From contig JBHIFL010000027.1 of the NCBI GenBank assembly GCA_046761065.1, positions 1 to 47,723 on the forward strand: DNA of 47,723 nt, read 5' to 3'. Both the position numbers and the translations under genes were made by a program. Positions 11,474 through 20,734 of this stretch are shown in pieces (within the stretch, counting starts at the first letter, position 1; each line of letters begins with the position of its first letter). Source of the stretch: Candidatus Heimdallarchaeota archaeon (GTDB lineage Archaea > Asgardarchaeota > Wukongarchaeia > Wukongarchaeales > JBHIFL01). Under the pieces are notes generated by a model that made no database searches, had not been told where the DNA came from, and was given only the letters and a program-made list of their open reading frames with translations.

Positions 11474-11722
11474 CTATTTCACCTGAATTTGAGAAAATAA
11501 TCCCATCATATAATTTAATTGGAGTTTCTCAAGCCCCATTAGAAAATATTTCTGATGATAGAGGAAGTGAACTCTTTTCATAAGCATCTAGAAAATATTA
11601 ATAAAACTATTACCTCCATAGGAGACAAAAACCTTGGTAAGATTCGATCCGCTTGCTTAAACAATTAAATAACGGATCAATTAAAAGAAAATTATGGAAA
11701 AAACTTATAGGTAGGTGTTTGG

Positions 11723-13738
11723 TTGTCTCCGATACGTGAGACTTTCATTTTTATGCCAACAATCGCTCAGTTTTTGCATTACATCATTAGCATCATTGCC
11801 ATTGTTGTTTTTGTTTACGGTATTTATCGTAAGTATAAACTATGGAAAATTTATAATTTCTGGAAGGAATTACGCTCTGATTATTCTAGAAGGATTCGCT
11901 TCTTTTTAAAAAATGTCATGTTTCAGCAGAAGGTTCTCAATCGTGTCTACGGGGGAATAATGCATTCAGGGATCTTTTTTGGCCTCCTAGTTCTAATAAT
12001 AGGTACTATCATTGTGGCTATAGATTTTGATGTCCTCAGACCGTTAAATAGGATTTTCCTAGCTGGTAATACTTATTTGGTGTTTGAATTTGTCTTAGAC
12101 ATCTTTGGAGTATTTTTTCTCATTGGTCTAATTCTTGCATTTTTTCGGAGGCTTTACATAAAGCCGGAAAGCCTTGAAAACACGAGAAGTGATTTCTTTG
12201 TTCTTTCCCTTCTGATAATAATTGCATTAAGTGGCTATATGCTTGAAGGATTACGGCTTTCAATAACTCAAGTTCCTTGGGGAAAATGGTCATTTTTTGG
12301 GTTTGCAATTTCTCAGTTTTTCGCTGGGTCGTGGCTCCCAACAGAGTTAGCTGTAACTTTTTATCAAATCATATGGTGGTTTCACATTTCACTCAGCCTT
12401 AGTCTAATAGCATTAATCCCTTATACAAGACTTCACCATATCCTCACATCTTCATTTAACATATTTTTCTCAAGCCTCCTCCCAAGGGGTGAATTGACCA
12501 CTCCTTTTAATTTAAAGCAGCTTTTGGAGTCTGAAAACTTCGATTTAAAAATCGGAACTGATCGAATCAATGATTTTGGCTGGAAACAGCGGCTTAGCCT
12601 AGATGCCTGTGTGAACTGTGGCCGATGCCAAGATGTTTGTCCAGCTACTATAGCTGGTAGATCATTATCACCTATGAAGGTAATTCAAAAGCTTAATCAT
12701 CAAATGGTGGCTGAATTTAGAGCTAAAGCACAGGAAAACGATTCAAAAAATCTCTTTGATGGAATAATAGGTGAAGACGAGGTTTGGTCTTGTACTACCT
12801 GTTGGGCATGCGTTGCAGCTTGCCCTGTAATGATTGATCAACTTGAATTCCTAGTAGATTTCCGGCGCTTTCTGGTCGCTGAAAGTAAGATAGACCGTAA
12901 GAAGACAGATGTCATTGTAAACTTCGCTGAAAAATCCAATCCCTACGGAATACCTACGATAGAACGAGTAAACTGGGCAAAGGGTTTAGAAATTAAAACC
13001 TTACAACAAGATCCAAATGTAGAATATCTTTACTGGGTTGGCTGTGCTTCTTCCTATGACCCCCGAAACCAAAACATCGCTAAATCTTTGGTAAAGATAT
13101 TCAAGAAGGTTGAGGTGAGTTTTGGCATCTTGGGAATTGAAGAAAAATGTTGTGGTGAAACCTTACGGAGAATGGGCGATGAAGGAAGATTTCAAGAACT
13201 TGTTTTAGAAAATATTAAAATTCTGAATAAATATCACGTAAAGAAAATAATCATTCACTGCCCCCACGGTTATAATACGTTGAAAAATGAATATCCAAAG
13301 TTCGGTGGTAACTTTGAAGTGATCCATCATTCTGAGTTTCTTTTATCCCTACTCAATCAAGGAAAAATTAAACCCCACAAAAAACTTACTGAAGCAATAG
13401 CTTACCATGACCCCTGCTACCTTGCAAGATATAACAAAATCTATGAAGTTCCCAGACAATTATTACAATCAACCGCAACTAACGTACGAGAATTATCCAA
13501 AAATCGAACAAGGACTTTCTGCTGTGGAGGTGGAGGTGGAAATGCTTGGTATGAGGTCCCCGAAAAGGAACGAATAAGCACAATCAGAGTAGAAGAAACG
13601 AAGCAAGCTGGAGCTGAACTTTTAACTGTAGCTTGTCCATTCTGCATTACAATGTTTGAAGATGCAATAAAAAGTAAGGGCTTAGAAGAAAGCTTACAAG
13701 TAAAAGAAATAGCTGAACTAATCGCAGAAATCATTTAA
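11723..13738 (+). CDS. membrane-bound Fe-S oxidoreductase (FadF/HdrD-related; ETF:quinone oxidoreductase EMO-type)
   Basis: N-terminal NarI-like helices with His residues; two CxxCxxCxxxCP motifs (CVNCGRCQDVCP, CTTCWACVAACP); two CCG domains. Confidence 0.9.
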   Translation: MSPIRETFIFMPTIAQFLHYIISIIAIVVFVYGIYRKYKLWKIYNFWKELRSDYSRRIRFFLKNVMFQQKVLNRVYGGIMHSGIFFGLLVLIIGTIIVAIDFDVLRPLNRIFLAGNTYLVFEFVLDIFGVFFLIGLILAFFRRLYIKPESLENTRSDFFVLSLLIIIALSGYMLEGLRLSITQVPWGKWSFFGFAISQFFAGSWLPTELAVTFYQIIWWFHISLSLSLIALIPYTRLHHILTSSFNIFFSSLLPRGELTTPFNLKQLLESENFDLKIGTDRINDFGWKQRLSLDACVNCGRCQDVCPATIAGRSLSPMKVIQKLNHQMVAEFRAKAQENDSKNLFDGIIGEDEVWSCTTCWACVAACPVMIDQLEFLVDFRRFLVAESKIDRKKTDVIVNFAEKSNPYGIPTIERVNWAKGLEIKTLQQDPNVEYLYWVGCASSYDPRNQNIAKSLVKIFKKVEVSFGILGIEEKCCGETLRRMGDEGRFQELVLENIKILNKYHVKKIIIHCPHGYNTLKNEYPKFGGNFEVIHHSEFLLSLLNQGKIKPHKKLTEAIAYHDPCYLARYNKIYEVPRQLLQSTATNVRELSKNRTRTFCCGGGGGNAWYEVPEKERISTIRVEETKQAGAELLTVACPFCITMFEDAIKSKGLEESLQVKEIAELIAEII

Positions 13739-13933
13739 AATGAATTATTATTCCTTTCAAAGCTATCAACCCATCTGGAAAGTTGAAAGATAAATTTGAA
13801 AAAAGGTAATTGTTAACCAGCTAAAAAAGAAGCGGGCATTATCGAGTAACCAGTCGGAAATGGAAAGATCCCTCTGTGTTTAATAATGAATGCATAAGAT
13901 AGATCTTGAAAACGCGAGCAGAGGAGCTAAGGG

Positions 13934-14830
13934 TTAGTATAATGAGACATCCAAGGACGTACCACAATTGCAATGTCGCTCGGTAGGAACTTTAGGGATA
14001 ACTGCATAAAGTAACCGCTTGATATTGGCAATATTGCGTTTCATCGATTCGACGACCATCTGAGCATTGACGGGTTCTAAACCGTAAACATCGGCATCAG
14101 TTGGCATACTAATATTGGCGAGACAAATTTCAGCTTCGCGACATAATACTGTTTCCGGATAGGCGGTCATCCCAACAACGGTAAAGCCCTGGCCCTTGTA
14201 GAAGAGGGATTCCGCACGGGTGGAGAAACGAGGGCCGTTGATGACAACCATGACACCGCTATCATGAATTCGGAGTGGGTCGCCACGATGAGTCTTTAGG
14301 TCTAAGGTCCGACCAACATCAACAATGATTTTGCGTAATTCAGGACAGTAGGGATCACTAAAGGGAACATGACCAACAATGCCACCCTCAAAGAATGTAT
14401 CCGAACGCTGCCCGAAGGTTCGATCAAAGATCTGATCACAGACTACGAACTCGCCGGGGAGAACAGTTTTGGGTTGCAGGGTCCCACATGCAGCGGGGGA
14501 GATGATTCGTTGCACTCCAAGGCTCTTCATAGCCCAAACGTTAGCGCGAACATTGATTTTGTGGGGAGGGATACTATGGTACCGGTTATGGCGTGCCAAA
14601 AAGACGACTTTCTTGCCTTTGACTTGACCCATGGTGAATGTATCAGAGGGCTCTCCATATGGAGTATAGATTTTAACTTCTAAGGTATCCTCGAATAGTT
14701 CGGGGTCGTAGAGACCGGTTCCTCCAAAGATACCAATTTCAGCAGGGAGAAAATCTCGAACTATGGGTTCTTCGGCGGGTCCCACCGATTTGATGAGAGT
14801 TTTTCTGACATCTAAGTTCCGGGGCATCAA
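13934..14830 (-). CDS. mtnP: S-methyl-5'-thioadenosine phosphorylase (MTAP/PNP family 2)
   Basis: IGIFGGTG, TPYGEPS, FLARH...PPHKIN.RAN, GPRFSTRAES, VVGMT..PE. Confidence 0.9.
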   Translation of the reverse strand: MMPRNLDVRKTLIKSVGPAEEPIVRDFLPAEIGIFGGTGLYDPELFEDTLEVKIYTPYGEPSDTFTMGQVKGKKVVFLARHNRYHSIPPHKINVRANVWAMKSLGVQRIISPAACGTLQPKTVLPGEFVVCDQIFDRTFGQRSDTFFEGGIVGHVPFSDPYCPELRKIIVDVGRTLDLKTHRGDPLRIHDSGVMVVINGPRFSTRAESLFYKGQGFTVVGMTAYPETVLCREAEICLANISMPTDADVYGLEPVNAQMVVESMKRNIANIKRLLYAVIPKVPTERHCNCGTSLDVSLY

Positions 14831-15079
14831 ATAACCTCACAAACAGGTATGGGAATGAAAAATCCGTTGTATGCAAATAAACCTAATTATCTATAGCCTT
14901 CATGAGCCATAATTTTTTTCACATGAGCGGTGTCCTAAGCATAAAATATAGAAAAACTTCTCCAACTAGATAAAATATCGAGCGGCATAAGATTTTTTCC
15001 ATGACTAAGTGATATAGTATGCTGGGTTTGTATAGTTAACTGCTTTTAACTTGCCTCTAATCAGAGGCTTTAAACTGCC

Positions 15080-15238
15080 CTATTGACCATGACTCAGTTG
15101 AACCCAAAGTTCCCCTTTAAGTAGATCACGAATGGCGTTACGGATCGCTTCGCTGCGATTAGGATATCTTCTTTGCCATACTAATTCATCTAACCCGTTA
15201 ATGAATTCTTGAGGCAGATGAACGGTTACCAACTTCAA
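15080..15238 (-). CDS. ribbon-helix-helix (CopG/Arc) regulator, CdrS-like
   Basis: (M)KLVTVHLPQEFINGLDELVWQRRYPNRSEAIRNAIRDLL; TTG at 15238 after a G-rich SD. Confidence 0.85.
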   Translation of the reverse strand: MKLVTVHLPQEFINGLDELVWQRRYPNRSEAIRNAIRDLLKGELWVQLSHGQ

Positions 15239-15801
15239 CGTATCAACCCCCACACAATTCATATTGTACAGATATCGACCCTAATCTATGATAAAAGAAT
15301 ATAGTCGGCTTATTATAAGAGTTCGTAATCAAAACATGCCATGATCGTATTAGCTTATTGGAATTTCTCCATATGATTAGTAAAATTCTTCGAGAGATTA
15401 AAAAATTTCTCTGGATAATCTCCGGGTATTCCAGACGAAATAGAGGGGTGTTACCAAAATGATATCTGAAGGGGTTACACTCATATAGCCGAATACCTAC
15501 TTTTCATTAAGATATTGAAAAACAGCTGCAATAAGTGGTATCATTAGATAGTTTTTTTTTTCTTGGTTTTATCCTTAAACAAGTTTTCTTTCAAGGGGAA
15601 AAGTATAACAGAACTAACATCTTTTTGCTACATCCTTATCATGAGTGACAAAGATAGACGTATCAGTGATGGATTTGGATTGACCGTGGATTCTGATCGC
15701 GATAACATTGATTACACACCAGTACCCACGCCCCATCAGCCCTTTTAAGTGGGCTTGGGACAATTGCTGCGGCTCTACAGACCTGGCATTCTCCCGTTGA
15801 A

Positions 15802-18144
15802 TCACTCCAATGTAACCATTCCCTTATTTGGAAGCGGAGACTCCCCAAGTCTCAAGAAATGTTCTAGACTTCGGATTCCTTCTAATTCTCTGCGGAGTTG
15901 GGCGGGTGAGATGAAGGGTTGTAAAAGTTTGGGTAACCAAGTCATCGTCCGGTTCTCCCAGATATGCTTATAACCATCTCGCGTGATGGGTTTCTTAGGA
16001 ACTCCATGCTCAACCGGCCACACTTGGTTAGACGAAAGGTAGACGAATTTAATTTTCTTGTGTGGGAGGTAGCGCCCCATCCTCCGCAGAATTCGCGCAG
16101 CTCGGGCTGGCGCAAAGGCTTTCTTATACTGCGAGAGGGGTTTGGCCAACCGGACTGTAATCACGAGATCCTCATCGTACTTTCCAGCAAATAAGTTCGT
16201 TTTGACTTGATAAAGGTATTTGGTGATCTCTTCGAGGGGTATCCGCCCATGGATCATGTGAAAGACGGTTTTCTGCAAATTACGCACGAATGGACAACGA
16301 TCTGTCCGATTGAGCTCGTGGCCCACGCTATGCAGTTCCGGTGGGGTGAAGCCTTTCCCATCTTTCCAAATGCGCGCGCCGGAGTAGCGCTTTTTGACAT
16401 CCACTAAGAGATAGGTGGCGTAGAGCGCTTCGAGCTTAAGTTTGAGAAGGCTGGCTCGCTCTTCTGACAAGCCTTCCGCATGAAGTTTCCGCTGAATCAT
16501 GTGGGTAATCTCTTTTGCAAGCTTTTTTGCTTCCCTTACACATTGTTGTGGCGACCACATGGCTGGAAGACTAACCATCACACTATCTACGTCACCATAA
16601 ATCACGTCAATGTGGGTCGAGTTCTGGAGGTAGTCTACGGCCAGCTGGAGCAGTTCATGCGCCCGCGCGACGATTAGCTCGGCCACTTCGCGGCGAAAGA
16701 AGCGGTTTCGGCGGGAAGCAATCACGCCCCAGAGCATTAAGATAGGAGGTTTGAGCGCCTTTCGAAAGTGTTCGTACTGCTCCCATTCGTCGGTCGTTTG
16801 CGCGGCATTCCGCAACTGTTTGAACTCTTCCAGCTTCCGAGTATATTCTTCGAGAATTTCCACGAAGATCCCTGGCTCATACGGGAATCGGTCGAACATT
16901 TGCGTGTTCGGATTCCATTGTTCGGGAGAAATCCCCCAGATCTGCATAATACAATTGAACAGGCTAAAATAATCCAGGATTGCCACATTACGATAGAAGC
17001 CCTGCTTTGGGTCGAGGGTGATAGGTCCTTCGATGGGAGGCTCCCGTTGTTTGATCCGACTACGCCAAAGACAGCGGCGGGGCCGGGTCAATGCTTTGTC
17101 GATGGCGCGTTTGGTCACCATGCGTGACGGATGGTCTAAGACTTCCACTGGGACCCCGAGTAGCTCCGCCAGCAGGAGCTCCATTTCAATGATTTTCAAT
17201 TTGCAATTGGCGGTGTACATGAGGTGGACCTCCTCGGCACAATAGGAGCTGAGTTGCTCCGGTGCTTGCCGATAGGTCTCATAATATTCTTGGACAAAGT
17301 TCGACTTCGTCTGGCCTACCTCACGTGCAAATTCTTCTAGCTCCAATAAATTTCCGCGCGCCATCGAGGGCTTGTGTTTCATCACAATATTTTGCATGGA
17401 GAGCCATGTCCACTCTTTCAAATCAAATGGGATGCCGAGGTGTTTACAGCGTCGTGCTAAGAACATTGGTTCAAAGTTTGTCCATGAAATCGGAAAGTCA
17501 TAGGTTTTCAAGAAGCATATCAGCTGCTTGAGGAGTTGCCGCTCGTTCGGGAACTCACTGTTGTCCCGGAATTCGAGGGCTTCACCGGTTTGGCCATCAA
17601 TCGCCCGTACCATTAAAATACGGGTTTGTTTATAATCCAACATGTTGAAGCCATCATCAATGACCATCGACACAAACAGCCACCGGTATGGAGGGAGGTC
17701 GGCAAGCGTCACCGGATCAGTGACCGGGAGGACCGCATTTTTAGACTCTGGGATCTCAATTATCAATCCATAACCCTTGTCATTCATGTGGCGTAGTTCG
17801 AAGGGCCAATCCATTTCGTAACAATCAGTGTAACCCTCTGCCACAAGAGTTTGATAGAGTTGGAGAAGTTCTTTCGGGTAATTGGTTTCTACTCGAAGAA
17901 TCGCCTTGTCATTATCCACGAAATATGCGGTATCCCTCGGAACGGGTATCATGTGCACGGGGAAACCCAGCTCGAGGGCTTCGATGAGAGGGCGATATTC
18001 TACAGGTACAAACCCATAGGGGCGGAGCTGGGCCGGGATATTGGTAAGATGCTGTTTCCCAGCTTTCGTCCGGAGGACATAGTTCATGTACAAGTGATTG
18101 TTGTAGGAAGAAGGATAGAGATTCACGATTCGGCCGATGACCAT
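15802..18144 (-). CDS. divergent family B DNA polymerase with degenerate exonuclease motifs
   Basis: LRPYGFV and YEMDWPFELR N-terminal domain; motif A DYFSLF, motif B ALKPPILMLWG, motif C YGDVDS, KKRYSG, GHELNRTD; C-terminal PIP-like RSLEHF. Confidence 0.9.
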   Translation of the reverse strand: MVIGRIVNLYPSSYNNHLYMNYVLRTKAGKQHLTNIPAQLRPYGFVPVEYRPLIEALELGFPVHMIPVPRDTAYFVDNDKAILRVETNYPKELLQLYQTLVAEGYTDCYEMDWPFELRHMNDKGYGLIIEIPESKNAVLPVTDPVTLADLPPYRWLFVSMVIDDGFNMLDYKQTRILMVRAIDGQTGEALEFRDNSEFPNERQLLKQLICFLKTYDFPISWTNFEPMFLARRCKHLGIPFDLKEWTWLSMQNIVMKHKPSMARGNLLELEEFAREVGQTKSNFVQEYYETYRQAPEQLSSYCAEEVHLMYTANCKLKIIEMELLLAELLGVPVEVLDHPSRMVTKRAIDKALTRPRRCLWRSRIKQREPPIEGPITLDPKQGFYRNVAILDYFSLFNCIMQIWGISPEQWNPNTQMFDRFPYEPGIFVEILEEYTRKLEEFKQLRNAAQTTDEWEQYEHFRKALKPPILMLWGVIASRRNRFFRREVAELIVARAHELLQLAVDYLQNSTHIDVIYGDVDSVMVSLPAMWSPQQCVREAKKLAKEITHMIQRKLHAEGLSEERASLLKLKLEALYATYLLVDVKKRYSGARIWKDGKGFTPPELHSVGHELNRTDRCPFVRNLQKTVFHMIHGRIPLEEITKYLYQVKTNLFAGKYDEDLVITVRLAKPLSQYKKAFAPARAARILRRMGRYLPHKKIKFVYLSSNQVWPVEHGVPKKPITRDGYKHIWENRTMTWLPKLLQPFISPAQLRRELEGIRSLEHFLRLGESPLPNKGMVTLE

Positions 18145-18319
18145 TGAGGGGTAGTCTCTCCTTGATGCTGTAAGCTATTTCCTAAGAGAAGATTAACTAG
18201 ATGGAATCAACTTTTCAAGACACACGCCCCCTCCCCTGATGTGAACCCCTCCAATCTTCCAGATCCAAGGCGAACGGCGCATGATTCGGCCGCTTCTTGG
18301 TTTTATTCTGAAATGAGGT

Positions 18320-18370
18320 GAGAATTAATTATTTTAATCGACATTAGACGAGGGTTAATTATTTTAGTCG
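18320..18370. repeat. imperfect direct repeat TTAATTATTTTA(A/G)TCG x2, 30-bp period, upstream of the PolB gene
   Basis: copies at 18325-18340 and 18355-18370, 15/16 identical, each preceded by GAG plus 2 nt. Confidence 0.7.
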
Positions 18371-18539
18371 GGTGTTCTCTTGCATAATCTGCAGAGCTCT
18401 TCTTTGTTGGATCGTGTTAATTAAAACAGCCCCGAGAAGACTCCAATGCTGGGTTCTACCCCAATGTTATAGCCCACTCAAGCTTAGGAACCAAAAAACT
18501 GGTTCAACTTAAGAACTGAATACTTAAGGTAAGACAACA

Positions 18540-19376
18540 TCAGATTTTTCTTCCTATGTATAGGAAGTGTTCCCCAAGACCTAAAATATAAGGATCATTA
18601 CACGTTTTGAGAAGAATCTTTAACCAATGCTTCCATTTCTTCTTATCTTCATAGATGCTATTGGTTGCTTCTTGTAGATGAGACGATAAGCCCTCGCATG
18701 TAGCCATCTCTAGAGTTTCAACTCCATAACTTTCAAATAAATCTCTTAATTCGCTTGGGCGAAAGAAGTAGGCATCAGGAAAGCCTTGAGTAGCTTCGTT
18801 TTTATGCCATTCTGCCCTGTGTATTCCTTGTGAAAACATTTCCTCATGAGAGGGGCTAGTGAGCTCTTGGCGTAGTTGGGGTCGTTGAAGAACGGTCCTG
18901 AAAACACCATATAATCCAATGACCGAAATAAATATAGGCGCCCTTTTCATTGTCACTCGAGTTAACTCGGAAGCTGCAACTTCTCTGTCTTTTTTGTCAA
19001 TAAGATGAGATAAGGTTCCGAGACAAAGAACGGCATTAAAGCTTTCCTCCGCAAAATCTGACATATCTGTTATAGATCCCTCAATAATCTTCTTGACCCT
19101 CGCTTTAACTTTTGCCTTAATTATCTCTCTATGGGCTATTTCAAGGCTTCTAGGTGAAAGGTCAAAAAGAACGACTTGGTAGCCTTTTTTGGCGAGTTCT
19201 ATTGAGTATCGCCCGGGGCCTCCCCCAGCGTCAAGAACCAACCCTTTCTTTGGGAGATATTTATCCAAGAAATACATTGTTACGATAAACTCAAGCTTAT
19301 GGTATGCATCGCTAACTAATCTTTCCCACTCTTTCACAGCGTTTGCATTATAATACCTCTTAACAACTTCACTCAA
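18540..19376 (-). CDS. class I SAM-dependent methyltransferase (track start 19469; TTG 19376 more likely)
   Basis: VLDAGGGPGRYSIELAKKG motif I, DLSP, FNAVLCLG. Confidence 0.9.
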   Translation of the reverse strand: MSEVVKRYYNANAVKEWERLVSDAYHKLEFIVTMYFLDKYLPKKGLVLDAGGGPGRYSIELAKKGYQVVLFDLSPRSLEIAHREIIKAKVKARVKKIIEGSITDMSDFAEESFNAVLCLGTLSHLIDKKDREVAASELTRVTMKRAPIFISVIGLYGVFRTVLQRPQLRQELTSPSHEEMFSQGIHRAEWHKNEATQGFPDAYFFRPSELRDLFESYGVETLEMATCEGLSSHLQEATNSIYEDKKKWKHWLKILLKTCNDPYILGLGEHFLYIGRKI

Positions 19377-19724
19377 AATTAAGTTCTCTTTCAATCTTAC
19401 TTTAGATTTCCTTCTAAAATACGGAATTTTTGACGCTTCAAAATATTTATGAGAATGATCTTGCTGCAAACATGAGGATAATGGTTTGTAAGGAAAAATA
19501 CTTTCTAAATCAATTCAATTCAAGATGCATTGTGGCCTATGGTAAGTGTAAGGGCTTGGGAGAATCTATTACAACTCGTTAGATTCCACGAGTGCTTTCT
19601 GAAATTAGTCATTTATACATTCACATTCGGAACAGAAGTGCCTACACATTTTCATCACTCTTCAAGGAAAACTGATGCAGATATAGTTGTAGAGGTAAAC
19701 ATAATCATTTGATTGGTTCAGTAC

Positions 19725-20558
19725 CTATTCAGGCCCATTTGTATACCCAAATTTCTGGAGTAAACCATATAATTTAGAATGAAGCTGTAATGTGTTAGCT
19801 GCCAGGATTTGGGATTTTAAAGTCAAATTTTCATGGACTAAGATTGGCTGACCTCGGAGATCACTCATTACACCACCAGCAAACTCCAAGAGGGGTTGTG
19901 CGGCTGCATAATCAACGCTTTTTAGTCCCCGATCGAGATCAAGAAAAGCATCAACTGCTCCACTCGCGATGTATGCCATATCTAAGGCTGCAGCCCCTAG
20001 TATTCTTATAAATTGGACTTTTTTTTGGAGGAAATGCAAAAAAGAAAACCCTTTCTCACTTCGCGGGCGAATAGTAATAATTCCAATATTTTTTAGAGGA
20101 CGAGTAGTTGTTTTCAGGTGTTTTCCATTTAGCGTTGCAACCTTTGCATGGGCAAGGAATTCATCTCCATTTGCCAAATTCCGAATGTAACCACTTTTAA
20201 AAGTCATTTTATGATAGAGAGCTATGCTAAGGGCATAGTAGGGAAAATTTCGATATGCATTTTTTGTGCCATCAATTGGATCCAGCCAAATGGTATATCC
20301 ACTCTTACCGAGCTGAATTTTTCCCTGTTCTTCAGCAATTATAGATCCACCGAATTCTGCTTGTTTAATTCGTTCTATTGCTTTTTCCTCGGCCAACATA
20401 TCTATTAAATGAGCTGGTTCTCCATCAGCACCGAGACCCACCTCCTGGTCAAGGGCTTCCCCTTTCTTTCTGCTTGTAATCAGTAATTCAATGATATCAT
20501 TGGAGATTGCTTGACAGAGTCGGATAAATTCTGTTTTTCCAAACAAAAACGTTTCCAC
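19725..20558 (-). CDS. inositol monophosphatase / archaeal FBPase-IMPase family protein
   Basis: GADG...IDMLAE, AEE, LDPIDGTKN, RILGAAALD, DYAAA. Confidence 0.9.
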   Translation of the reverse strand: METFLFGKTEFIRLCQAISNDIIELLITSRKKGEALDQEVGLGADGEPAHLIDMLAEEKAIERIKQAEFGGSIIAEEQGKIQLGKSGYTIWLDPIDGTKNAYRNFPYYALSIALYHKMTFKSGYIRNLANGDEFLAHAKVATLNGKHLKTTTRPLKNIGIITIRPRSEKGFSFLHFLQKKVQFIRILGAAALDMAYIASGAVDAFLDLDRGLKSVDYAAAQPLLEFAGGVMSDLRGQPILVHENLTLKSQILAANTLQLHSKLYGLLQKFGYTNGPE

Positions 20559-20734
20559 TCCTTAAACCCTTGTCTTGTTGATGATTGTATTTTTAGTTGT
20601 GTAACTTATCCGATTAGGTGCCGGAACCCTTGACTCTTAATAAGGTCTCACTCCTCACTCTCAGAAGACTTTAGTGCTTGTGAAAAGCACGGACAGCAAG
20701 TAAATATGAGTAACATAGGGAGATATTTCGCTGA

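Noticed and set aside
15500-18540. PolB region as an intact casposon or provirus
   Set aside because: No Cas1, integrase, capsid or terminal inverted repeats seen; only a compositional shift supports foreign origin.
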